Origin: Marsupella aquatica
Taxonomy: Eukaryota; Plantae; Marchantiophyta
DNA: 64,000 bases
Reading direction: 5' to 3'
Assembly (NCBI GenBank): GCA_973895155.1
Contig: OZ316893.1
Location: forward strand, 11,734,359-11,798,358
Made by a program: the position numbers and the translations under genes. Below, piece by piece: positions 24,170 to 36,286 of the stretch. The notes beneath the pieces were generated by a model. That model saw only the letters and a program-made list of their open reading frames with translations. It did not search any database and was not told the origin of the DNA. Positions within the stretch are counted from its first letter, which is position 1, and each line of letters begins with the position of its first letter.

Positions 24170-27100
24170 GCTCTTCGCAACATCTGTGTGCATATTACCC
24201 GCATACCGTGGGGTATCGCTGGGGTATTTGGGATGTCAGCGTCCAATTGCCGCTCTCCAAGTGGCTTCGCTGCACTAGTAGAAATCGGGGTGTTATATGA
24301 TTAGGTTTTATGACTGCCCGTGACTTCTTGTGACTAAAGTTTGGGGGGTATCAAACCAGTCTTAATTTTGACATAGCGTCTTATTTAAAGTGACTGAAAT
24401 GGAGTGGTCAGATTTGTGACTAGGCTTTAAGACATATTTTGTGACTAATAATGACCAAATCCATACTAGCTTGGGCATTTTTGGATGAAACGTGCTATAG
24501 TCTACTATGCACAACCAATTAACACTTCTGAACCTTTAACATCAGACTGAATGGAAGATAATACAAACCCACCAGTCATATACAACATCAAAAACAGGAC
24601 AATAGAGTGAGATAAGTCAAGAGGGCTGCTTTATGTAACTCACAATTCAAAGCTTCCAACACAGGTGAATCTTCCAAGCTGAACCCTCTCTCATACACAC
24701 ATTACTTTCCTAGAGTTGGGACACTGCAGCTGCTGATCAACTTGGCTTGAGCAAAAATGCACATAGCTTCCACCAGCCAACAACATACAAGCCCCTGAAA
24801 CTGAAAATTTGCACAACTAAATAGCTGAAACTTGAGAGCTCACTCACTCTCAGGAGCTGCTCTCCTCCTTGTCTCTTCTCTACCTCCTATCATAGCATCC
24901 AATGCATCTAATTACTCTCTTGCAAAGCTTGAAACTGAAATTTACTTGGCTAACTTGCTGCTCATCGATTCTAAATGTCCTACTCACTACCTAGGTAAGT
25001 TCACACAAACCTCCATGCATCACTTCTGAACTGAATTTGCTTTTGGCCTCCATGGGTACCTCCTCCTAGCTCCTACCTTCAATTTTTACTCCAGTAGCTC
25101 CTCCCTGGTCTCTAGTAGTAACTCAGAAATTTCTGACATTGTATCCTGGGCACTCATTTTAGCCCTAAAATCTCTCTCGTGGTTTCCAATAGCACTCTGA
25201 TCTCTCCAATACTCAACCTTGGGGTGCCCACTTGCCCTGGTATCACTCCTTGGATCCCTGAGCAACACCCATGAGCCACTAGCAATGCACACAAATTTTC
25301 CAACTCAAATCAGTCACACTGTGCTCTCCCTGACCAGAACATTCAATCTTGCATCAATTCTTCTTGTCTCCTTGTCCTGCACCTCAATCTCCACTGAATG
25401 GCCACCAGGGACACCTCAACTACTCCCCTGGAATCCAGCAACCAACAAGGAAAGCCATGAGCTAGCCCTCATGTCAAGCAATAACTCAGATTTTGGCTTC
25501 TTCTCACTCAAATCCCTAATTTCCAGCTCCCAGATCTAACTCCTGTAGCATCCAACGATTCTTTTGAAGCCCTGATTCGAATGCATGTCCTCAAAGGGAA
25601 TCCAAGGACGATCCCAACCCAGCTGTCCAATCCAAAAATGATGGTAGAATGCCAAAGATACAGCTCCCTGACCATAGCACTAAGTTTGGCCTTTGTTATT
25701 CCAAATCCTGAACTTTCGGGCTAAACTTTGAGCTCCTTCAACTTTGAGCGGCTGATGGGAGGCTTGATTCCTGGCTCATAGCATCAAGGGTATCCAAAGG
25801 CGAATCCAATGCCCCAATCCAATCCAAAAATGATCAAGAAATGGCTAAGATACATCTCCCGATCTGTTGCAGCTTTTACCAAGGAAATTTTTGGATTCCA
25901 GGTCAAATGGCAACCTCTACTAGCTTAGATGTGTACCAAGAAAGACTAAATTGAAGCTGCCATCCGCGAGAGCATCCAAAGACAAATCCAACGCACCTAT
26001 GCAATGCAAAAATGAGCAATCAAAGCTAAAGATACAGTTCCTGATTTGCTGCTGCCTCCATAGCCACAAACCTTGGATGGTCTCTTGGATTCCTGCTCGA
26101 CCCTTGTACTTTAGGCTCGACATTTTCTCCCCCTTGGACCTTTCTCCACCTTGTTACTGGCCAGTAGCAAGGCCCTCTAAGTCCCCCTCTAAGCTAGCTA
26201 TTCAATTTAGCGGCACAGCCAAATTGGTGTAATCCCAAATTTCACTAATTCCTCTACATGATTGATCTCCAAGCAACTACAGCAGTTTGACTAATTACTA
26301 GAACTACTCCTGGCTCTTCCCTTACTAATCTAACACCAAGAAGAATTGTTATCCCAAGTCCTAAGTAGCTTAGTTTATCTATCCCGACACTTGTCTAAAA
26401 CTTATATTTAGACTATCAAATGTCAATACTAATATGGCCTGAAAAAAATCTTTCTTTTTCTCTCAACTAATCTTCATGTCACCTATTGCTAACTAAAAGT
26501 CAAGGGCATAGAGCTTAATTCCTATTTCTATTTAACCATTTCGTCACTTCTACCATTTCATACTTGCTCCAAAACAACGTCTCGACTACACTAATTACTC
26601 TCGGTGAAGCCTAAAAATCCTCTAACAGACCTGTGGGCCACTTACTAAGGGGTGCACACACCCTTCACAAAGTAGGAAGGAAACTTTTCATAGTCTTTTC
26701 CTAAACTCTGCTTCACTGAAGGTCTTTTGTAGTGTTCATGTGAACCACACCGCCACGGTAAAATGGAAGTTGCCCAAGTGGGAGTAACGGGATTAATCCC
26801 ACAATGAAATGTTCAAGCCAATTTATGACTATATTGGACGTGGTTGGACCAACTGCATTTATATTACTTAGACTAGGCATGACTAGGACTATCCACTATT
26901 CAAAATTTCAATGCTCTAGTGTCTTATGTAGACTCATTAGTGACTGTCAAGTCATGTGGGGTCACATCCATAAGACTGACGTTTTATTAAAGCACTCTGG
27001 TGGTCAAGCCTATCATAACTGGTCTGGTCATGAAATGCCCCAATTTCTACTAGTGCTGAGACCGTGTGCAGGATGATATGCATCTCCACCATCCAATTTT

Positions 27101-27563
27101 GTTGTGGCAAAGTGGGGATTCCGTGTGCATATTATCCGCATACCGTGGGGTATCTCTGGGGTATTTGGGTTGTCAGTGTCCAATTGCCGCTCTCCAAGTG
27201 GCTTCGCTTGCAGCCCTGGAGGTGTGCTGGATGATATGCATCTCCATCGTCCAATTTTGCTATAGCTAAGTGGGGATTCCGTGTGCATATTACCCGCATA
27301 CATTTGGGTATCTCTAGGGTATTTGGGTTGTCAGCGTCCAATGGCCGCACTCCAAGTGGCTTCGCTGGCAGCCCTGGAGGTGTGAAAGATGATATGCATC
27401 TCCACCATCCAAATTTCTTGTGATAAAGTGAGGATTCTGTGTGCATATTACCCGCATACCGTGGGGTATCGTTGGGGTATTTGGTATGCCACTTCCAATT
27501 ACCACTCTCCAGGTGGCTTTGCTAACAGCCCTGGAGGTTCGCAGGATGATATGCATCTTCACC
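24170..27563. repeat. 158-bp tandem (satellite-like) array interrupted by a CACTA element
   Basis: Anchor gtgtgcatatta at 27123, 27281 and 27439 (period 158) and at 24186, left of the CACTA insertion. Confidence 0.85.
24273..27055. mobile_element. Non-autonomous CACTA (EnSpm) DNA transposon
   Basis: Left end CACTAGTAGAAATCGGGG and right end CCCCAATTTCTACTAGTG; 3-bp TSD CTG at 24270-24272 and 27056-27058; subterminal (a/g)tgact repeats; no transposase recognised inside. Confidence 0.92.
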
Positions 27564-29261
27564 GTTATCGTGATTTTCTCTTAATATATAAAAAATTGTT
27601 TGTTTTAATATGTTATAGATTATATAAGTAGTTTAGTAGTTAGATTATTAAATTTAGACTTTATTAAGTTCTTTAGCTATAGTGTCGGACTATAATAATT
27701 CTACCAATGCACAGTAGTTCCACTTACGCATAGTAGTTAAACTACCAACTATAGTAATTCTACCAATGCATAGTAGTTCCACTTACGCATATTAGTTCTA
27801 CCAACTATAGTAATTCTACCAACGCACAGTAGTTCCACCAACGCATAATAGTTCCATCGACGCTTGGTAGTTTCACCTACTAAAAGTAGTTTCACCAACT
27901 ATGAACAGTACTAGCACACTCTTAGGTATTTGATGCTTGCCACTTGGCCTTCATCCGAGTGCTTGGGCTTGATCCATGCCCTCTTGGTGTGCACTATAAA
28001 TAAAGTGGTGAGGGGCACTCTCCCCTCATTTCGCAGTATTTATCATTCAAGGTTGTGAAGCTCTTTGTGCCTTAAACATAGTAGTAAGGCGTCCTTTGGC
28101 CCGGATAGCAAAGGAATGAGTGGTAGACTTATAGATGGGACCTTAGGAAATAAGGTTTCTTTGGGAATTTAGGGGTGGGGCGTCTTTTGGCCCGGATAGC
28201 AAAGGAATAGGAGAGCCATCATGAATCCACTATGAGAGAGAGTTATCCCTGATCTTCCCCTTCGTAATCCGTTTTTGATTAGAGTCCATCTTTTAGATAA
28301 ATCATCCATGAGGCAATATGTAACCTATCATTTTGGAGCTCAGTTTGCAACTGCTATTATGGTTTCTAACGAGGCAATAGTATACTCAGTAGTGTCGTAC
28401 CGAGAGGAGTGAGAGTGCATTATCTTTGTCCTTTATTGAAGTCATGGATCTGAATAGGAGTCCAGCTGATACTCTTGTTTCATTTTCTCTTGGAGATATT
28501 ATGATCGGTCAATTGCAAGCTTGAGGGGGGCAAAAAGGATATCCAAAATCTCCATCAAAAGGATTCCAGTCCTTCCCTTTTTTCAAGGGATGGACAAGGT
28601 GTTACACCTAATGGCCTGGATTGCTTTATTGAGAATGGAAGGTGGGATCTTCCCCTCACCTCCAGCAGTCCATTTGGAAGCGTGCCAGGAGGTTTGATTA
28701 GGAGTAGCGTCCATTAATGATTCAATGGTTAAGGACAAAATGACTTAAAAGGAAGTCCAAGTGGTAATGAATACCAATGAAACAAGACTTAAGTAGCGAT
28801 TTGAATTTCAAAATACTTAATTACGCGTAGACTAAGGAGTCCTAGCTAGGCTCAGCTAGGACTCTACGGAAGAGGCAGGGAGCCATGGGAATTGAAGGGT
28901 TGTCGACTATCTACGGTAATGTTTTGCGGGTTTGCTTCGGGAATTTTACCAGAGAGCTTCTGGCCTCAAGCGGATTCGACGAATTCTAAAGATCATCCAT
29001 AGAACTAGCAAAAAGCTTGGCGACCGTCTTCTGCAATGTAGGGTGTTCACCTCATTGGTAAAGGGTAAGCCGCGCGACATCTCAATGTTGTTAGACTCCA
29101 TTTTTTGTTTGCTTGAGTGCGGGTGTTCCCACATGAATTTCTGCCATCTAGAGCCTCATTTAACTTGGACCATGGCCTCTTTAACTTATGAAATATATAT
29201 TGTTTTGAACTTACGTTCAAAAGCTCATCGTGTTGTAGGAGCTACCATCAATTTTAGCGAG

Positions 29262-32200
29262 ATGCCACCAGTGCGGCGCCAAGCGGGGCGCCAAGATGAA
29301 TCCCAAGAAGAGAAAGAAAAAAGAGAACGGCATAATTTTCGAAGGCGAAAGTCATGGTATGACAAGCCTATTGGGTAGTGCCAAGAGGTCAACACTAAGC
29401 AATTGAATAGAGGCATTCAACCGGAAGACGGCAATAGTACGGGCCTGATTTTTGATGCCAAGCAGCAAGCTGATCAGTTGCTTCTTCATGCTCAGCAACA
29501 AGCTGATCAATTGCTTCTTCATGCTCAGCAGCAAAGTGAGGTATTATTAACTGTTGCTAGGAATGAGGCGCTGCGCTTACATGGAGAGGCAACCGCTCAA
29601 GCTGCGTTGAAGCTGCACAACATCAAGAATGACTGTGCTGAAGGCAAAGAAACATTGTCACGTTTGCGCTCTAGGATAGGGCAAAAGCAAGCCGCCCTTG
29701 AAGTACTGCGTGTGCGATTTGGTGAAGGAGCTCACTGTCTACAAAGCATGCAAGAGGACCCTCATTTGGCCAGAGAATTCAGGGAGAAAGATGCTGCTAG
29801 AAAACGAGCTGCATATTGGAGACTTCGGAGGATGAGAAGTTTAAGTTTGTCTAGTCATCTTGCTGAGGAAACGCCCAATAGAATGAGATGAGCGGTTGAT
29901 TCAGTGGTCTCCGAGGTAACTTCAGTCTTATTCAAAAAAATGAGAGATTTCAACTTATCCGCAAGGAAGGTAGTCCTAGAGCAATTTTGGTTGCATTCTT
30001 CATTGAGAGAATATCATCCTGCAGCTCTTGGGACCCCTAAGTTAGATGCATCTGTAGGAGCTACTATAACTGACCTTAGGCAGACCTTGCAAATTGTGAA
30101 GTGGGGTAAAAAGAAAGATCACTTGGCTGTAAAGCATTCAGTGTTGGTAGCTATGGTCGGACAGTCCACGGTTGGCAAGCGATATCAGTCCTCTTTAGCT
30201 AAGGCTTTTGGTATCAAGAGACACAACATTCAAAAAGCATCAAACATGCGGAAGCAGATAGATGAGAACCAATGTATAAAATACCCAATGGGGGAAAGGA
30301 AAACCAGGAGTGACAAGATTAGTGCAGAGGTGCGCAAGATTATTGAACTATTTTGGAGCACATACACTAGAATCTCACCAGGCAAGAAAGAGATAGCTAG
30401 AAAGCGACTTGGACCAAATCAACATGAGGAACATAAAGTACATTGGCTCGAGGATACAGAGGTAGGATATCCTCACATTGGCTACTTCAATTTCTTTGAG
30501 AGTTCTTAAAATTTTCTGCATTCTTTAGTCCCGTCTTCAGTTGTAGCCAACGATACAAATTTGAGAGCCTGAATTTGGGTAATCTATTAACACCCTATTG
30601 ATGTCTATTTACAGGTTGAATTTTTCTTCAAGTTCCAAGATTGGTGCAAGGCTGAGAACAATGCTGAAGGACCGCAGGCCTATAGTTATCTGAAACCGTT
30701 TTACATTCGAACCATGAAGGATCGAAATGTATGTTGCTGCAAGCAGCACATTGAAATGGACCTCCTGAAAGAGGCACTAAACAAATTCAGGAAGTTTCAT
30801 CACCCCTCTGAGTGTAGTTGTCAGTGTTGTACTTGTAAATCAGTGGCCATTCCATTAGGTGTTTCTTGTGTAGCTTCAAGGACACACATTACCTCTGTTC
30901 GAGGTTGGATGGAAGGTGCGCTGTGTAAGAAAACCGAGGGGCAGGTATGGCACAAGAAGGACTGTATTATGGGAGTTTGTGTAGATTGTGGAACGCTGAA
31001 TTTGGACTGGTGTCCATGGGAGTTGGATTCCACACAACAACTAACTATTAGTTGGCAGAGTTTTGAATATCAGGAGTTAGATGACAACTTACAAATGAAG
31101 AAAGCAAAGAAGAAGGGAAGTGATGAGAGTTCACAAAAAAAGTCTAAACGCTTGAGGATGGTGTATAAGACTACGTCTGTAAGTGATTTCAGGAACGTGG
31201 TCGAAGCTAGAATGAAGTCATTTGTTGTTCATGATTTTAGAGCTCGCTGGCAAAGTGACCAGTTTAGATTGTGTTTGAAGACGTTCCCAAGAGGAACCAT
31301 AGTGTCTTCAATTGACTTCTCTGACAATTACACTTTCAAGACGCAAAATGAGATTCAATCGCAACATTGGGACAACAAACAGATTACTTTGTTGATCCAT
31401 GTGACCTATAGACATCGAGAAGATGTGCACCAATCTATGGAGGCTGCAGTGGGACGGACAGTGAGTATGGCACAGAGTGAAGCTGGTGACAGAGATATCA
31501 TCGCCGACTATCATTTCTATATCAGTGATGATAATACTCACGACACCTTGTTTGTGCAGCATTGCATGGATGCTCATTACCATTGGATGAAGCAAGAGGG
31601 AATTGAATTCACTCAGCATTGGGTTTGGGTCAAAAGCAAGCTAGAGGGGTACCAACGGAGTCCCCAAGGACTAGCTCAAAAAGGAGAGTGAAAGGAGTAT
31701 AAATGTCATTAAGATTTAGCTGAGCACACTCCCAAAAAGGTTGGGCACACTTCCAAAAAGATTGTGCACACTTCCAAAAAGATTGGGCACTCTTCTTAAA
31801 TTCCGAAATATGTGGACACACTTCCAAAGATTTGGCATGCAAGATCTTACCTTTCAATCTCACCAAAACAATCCTGGCCATTCCATGTAACATTTTGGTC
31901 TTTTTGTCCTCTAGTGATTGCTTTTACCAAGGACCTATGTCCTTTTGGTGGAGAAAATGGTGATCCTTTCAGTACCCCTCTAGCTTGCTTTTGACCTTTG
32001 GTCCGATGGAGCTACCTCACAATTTAAGGCTTGTAGACCTTTCTACTACGTCTCAAGGTATTACAAGAGATTTGGTGCACGGATGAAATGGTTTTTCCAT
32101 GCTTCAGGACATGGAAAGGGTGTAGTTGTAAGTGTGGAACTCTACCTCCAATATTTGAATTCACTGTGTTGTTCTCATTATTTAGTTTCATATGAGCTTC

Positions 32201-33129
32201 TTTACCGTTATACAAGAACATTATTCTTTGGAGTCTAGTTGTATGCTTGTGTGACATTGAATGGACTTTTTCTGCATGGATAGGATGCCCTTGGAGGCCA
32301 CATCAAGAGCGGGATACAGAGAGAGCAGTTGAAGGGGACGCATGACTTTCGCTTGGAAAATGCTCATGATGTAGTTGCATTTTGCAAGGAGAAGTTTGCC
32401 ATTGGTATTGAGAGAGAGTATGGTGATGTTTTGCTTGTGAGGCGATTGTTTTGGGAAATAGGTGCTACAACTGTGAATCGGCACAAGAAATGGGACTGTG
32501 ATGCAATCCCAGGATGTAGAGCAATGCATTGTTTTGATGGATTTAGTAACCGACTTTCAACTCTGTTGCAAGTGAGGGAACTATGCTGTTTTTGTGCTTA
32601 CTGTCTTGATGAAGAACCACAAAAATGTGAGAATCGAGATCTTGTAGGACTGTATAAGCTTGAGATGGTGAAAGAGATTCTCCCTATTGATGTCAAAGCA
32701 GACCTTGAAGAAATGGGAGTTGGTGAAGGACTGTTGGAAGGGGACTCTGGGTCTTTGGCAGAGTTGGTGCAGTTGGGTGATTTCTATGCAGTGGAAGCAG
32801 AGCGTCCAAATCGTTGGGATGTAGACTTTTACATTTTGCAATGCGAGGAGGTCCTACATGATGTCACAGAGACATTTGTGGATGGATACGAGCAGGAACT
32901 TCAGCAGGGTGAACTGGTATTGAAGGGCAAATGGATGCAACCAGTTCCAGGATTGTGCCACACATATGTCTATTTAGACAAATCACCACCAAGTTTTAGT
33001 CTTGCAAAGTCAGTAATTCACATTCGATTTGGGCTAAGCCCATGTGATACTTCAGGACGGAAGGGTGGTAGCAGAAAGTTCAAATTGGACAAAGACACAC
33101 TTGCAGCAATTACAGATTCTTTGCGATGA
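29262..33129 (+). pseudogene. Sola2-type DDD transposase, 3 exons (29262-30461; 30615-32127 minus the MITE; 32284-33129), inactivated
   Basis: CCCKQH and CKK...C..C..CG Cys motifs; HDFRARWQ; IDFSDNY...QNEIQSQHW..QITL; ISDDNTHD; HWVWSDGATSQFK; FHASGHGKGVV|DALGGHIK. GT-AG introns 30462-30614 and 32128-32283 keep frame. Stops at 29376 (TAG) and 29889 (TGA). Confidence 0.85.
31628..31996. mobile_element. 369-bp MITE with TIRs related to the host Sola-like element
   Basis: Perfect 25-bp TIR GGTCAAAAGCAAGCTAGAGGGGTAC; 4-bp TSD TTTG at 31624-31627 and 31997-32000. Removing the element and one TSD restores W-V-W-S-D-G. Confidence 0.95.
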
Positions 33130-33379
33130 TGAGAGAATCGTCTATTGAGGTAAATTTCTGAATTGCCCAACTTCCTACTTTCCTTGCAATCTACATCAAC
33201 ACTTTCATGCACTAGCTTAACCATGCAGTGCAATACAATGTCATTGAGCTTTGCCCGTAACCCATCCTTAGTGCGTCCATGTGTAAGGATTATGTTCTTA
33301 TGTAAAGACATGTCCAAGGTGTCCTTGCTATTAGTAAGGACTCCTCTACATAGCGACTCCTTTTGGTTTGATTGCATGT

Positions 33380-33750
33380 CTAGGACTCGGTCATTTTACA
33401 AGGACTAGGACTGTGTCCTTGGACAAGGACAGAGTCATATTGGAAAGGACCATGCAAAGGACCATGTCCTTTCAAACGGACTAAAAAGGATTTGTGAAGG
33501 ACTATGTCCTTTGTGAAGGACACATTCAAGGACTATGTCCTTGACTAAGGACATATTCAAGGACTATGTCCTTGGTGCAAGTCATGGTAATTAAAGGACT
33601 ATGTCCTTGGTGCAAGTCATGGTAAAGGACTAGTTCCTTAGTTAATGACACAGTCCTTAACCGTAGAAAGGACCATACATGTCCTATATCCTTTTACATG
33701 GACTTCACAAAGGACTCTCCCAATGTATACTAGACTGTGTCCTTGTGTAT
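33380..33750. repeat. Array of AAGGAC/GTCCTT motifs (mini-hairpins) downstream of the transposase
   Basis: aaggactatgtcctt and variants recur throughout the interval. Confidence 0.8.
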
Positions 33751-34894
33751 TAAGGGTCTCGGAGATATATGTGGCCAGATAACTAGCGACAATGCTTATA
33801 TGAGAATTCTTTGAGCTGCTTGTATGAATGCGTTCTATTTTTTAGGTGGTTGGGCCTTTGTAAATTTGCAATCAGGTACTTATACAATTTGTACTGGTGT
33901 TTTGCGTTTTGAACACAGACTAAACCTTCAAGATACTTCGGACAGGACTACATCATGTAGACTAAGGGACACTCTGGATGACATACTCTAGATGGTAGAG
34001 ACTGAGTGACATACTCTAGATGGTAGACTGCCACTTTTTGGCACTCGGCTCACAAGATAATCATGTTTGTAATATTTCATGTTAATGGATCTGCATTTCA
34101 TCACTTAAGGAATTTTTCCTTCTCATTTCTTCAAGGGCCTTGTGGACATGATGTGCCTTGATTTCCTTGCGTGTGGTTGTACCTTTCTGTAAGCATATCT
34201 GAATCATGCACAAAGCAATTGTTCAGATAGAAACGGTTATTAAGTCTCTGTTTATGTCACACTTGATGACAATAGTACGGGACATCCATTTGTGGTCTCA
34301 AACTTTCTGTTGTCAGGTGTACTCTACAAAAGTATCAACTCAAAATAATCCCTTGGATTACACACTATTTCAGGGCGCTATTTTTGTACATTCAAGATTT
34401 TTGCAAGTATATACCAATCCACACTTGTCACTTCCAGCCAACTTCTTCCCACCGTATAGCTGCCTTCCAAGTTACAAAACCTCTGGTGCCCATTTGTCTC
34501 CTCGAGGATTTAGTGCAAAGAACACAGGTTTACTCACATGTCAATCAAGATATACCTCAACTAAAATATATCATCTAGACCACCTATTGAAGGAACTTCC
34601 AAGCTTCTCTTGAACAGTTGTGGTCTTCATGCCCAGAGACTTAAGTGTTAGAAAGGAACAAAACTGAAGTAACATATTGATCAGAGGCGCATCCATAGAC
34701 AAGAATTGAGGACTCAACACATATACAGAAGCTTGTGTTGAGACAACAACACTGTATTGATCAAGTACTTTACTGTATAGAGTTTGAGCTTGAAACAACA
34801 TCCAGTTCAGTGTGGATTTCATACCATCACTGGAATACAACAGTCTGCTACATACTATAGCACTCTAATTACTCCTCCGAAATACGAAAAGACT

Positions 34895-35572
34895 TCAAAG
34901 ACATGACGAGGTCTCCAGAAAAGTCCAAAATAGCACGTAAAGTCTCTGAAATGATGTTGCTCCACCATCTTTGGTGGTATCAAGACAATCACCAAAATTG
35001 GGTGAGGTACCGATCTTAGTCTTACTAACATTGGGCTTAAATTCATCTCTGTCCGAATGATTTATTATAGCGCGAGTAGCTTCATCTACCTGCAGATGCC
35101 CACGAGCCTTAACAATACTCACTGCTCGAAGGTCATCACTACGGCCTAACTTTGCCACACATGTGATGGTCCACAATTCACTCTGCACCTGCCCACAGAC
35201 TTCTTGCACCTTCTCTGGGCTACTCTCCCATAGCTTCTTAAAGGCTTCTCCCGACATCCCCAGTAGCTGCAACCCGCAATCTTCATTCACCAAAATAACG
35301 TAATCCCCGACTTGCACAGCAAAGCAGTACATAAAACTGCCAGTTCCAACACTACAGCAGACATGTTCGGATCGTCCTCGAGAACGAGGACCCACGGGAG
35401 ACTGAGGGTTCAATTTTCTCAGCCTGCGGGCATTCTTGCCCAAAGTGCATGGCTTACCATCACTCAACAAAACATTGCAGCCTTCATAAACAAATGACCC
35501 AGCACAAACTCCCCACATGTGGTCAATTTTGATATCCACCAGGGTGGTGAACTTGTTCTCAAGATTGTCCAT
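34895..35572 (-). CDS. RPA70 C-terminal-like zinc-ribbon OB-fold protein, putative ssDNA-binding, transposon cargo (3' boundary uncertain)
   Basis: FVYEGC(x9)C...HVCC...MYCFAVQVGDY..NEDCGLQLLGMSGEAF parallels RPA70C YxAC..C...C..C...RYILxxxIxDxTG...FxExGExILGMSAxEL. Acceptor-like tgcag just before the ATG at 35572. Confidence 0.6.
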   Translation of the reverse strand: MDNLENKFTTLVDIKIDHMWGVCAGSFVYEGCNVLLSDGKPCTLGKNARRLRKLNPQSPVGPRSRGRSEHVCCSVGTGSFMYCFAVQVGDYVILVNEDCGLQLLGMSGEAFKKLWESSPEKVQEVCGQVQSELWTITCVAKLGRSDDLRAVSIVKARGHLQVDEATRAIINHSDRDEFKPNVSKTKIGTSPNFGDCLDTTKDGGATSFQRLYVLFWTFLETSSCL

Positions 35573-35669
35573 GATCTGCACAAAGATAATATATGAAGGG
35601 TTACATATCAACTATTGGTCACCGGATGGTTTCTCTTGCAAACTAAAGAGGATCTCAATCCGGCACCCT

Positions 35670-36020
35670 GACTCAAGCACCTCAAGTCCTGACTAAAGGA
35701 GCCCCAGTCTTGACTAGAAGACAATACTGATCATCAGTTACCCGTAGTCCTGACTAAAGGACTGGAGTCCTTGAGTCAGGACCGGGAGTCCTAACTAAAG
35801 AACCACGAGGACCGGAGTCCTGACTCAAGGACCCCGAGTCCTGACTCAAGGACCCGGAGTCCTCACACAAGGACCACAATTCCTGACTCAAGGACCCCGA
35901 GTCCTGAATCAAGGACCCGGAGTCCTCACACAAGGACCACAATTCCTGACATGAGGACCGTGACCCCCAACTCAAAGAGTCCTGAAGAGTCTTGACACAA
36001 GGACTTGGAGTTACTGACTC
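35670..36020. repeat. Tandem gagtcctgactcaaggacc-type repeats between the cargo genes
   Basis: Repeated 18-20-bp units, including a higher-order duplication of about 60 bp. Confidence 0.8.
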
Positions 36021-36286
36021 CACGACCTACAAGTAGTGCAAATCATACAGAGCAATGAACATAAGCTATGGAGAGAATCCAAAAAGGAACTTACACAGAG
36101 CTCAATACTGGGACTTTTGGCCCCGATGTGCATGAGTTTGCTGCACAAAACAAAAACTAAGTTAAAGCAAACCTTTCTTGAATGCATCTTCTAACAATTG
36201 TCACCATAGCTCTCCTCACTACAAACTGCAGATGCACAATTTACATTGGAGAGGGCAATGATTTTTCCTGGATCATAACTTGAAAG

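Noticed and set aside
24500-26660. Captured gene or nested LTR inside the CACTA element
   Set aside because: The composition looks retroelement-like, but I could verify no domain, TSD or paired ends.
33380-36020. CRISPR-like repeat-spacer array
   Set aside because: Eukaryotic context, degenerate adjacent repeats without unique regular spacers, and no cas genes.
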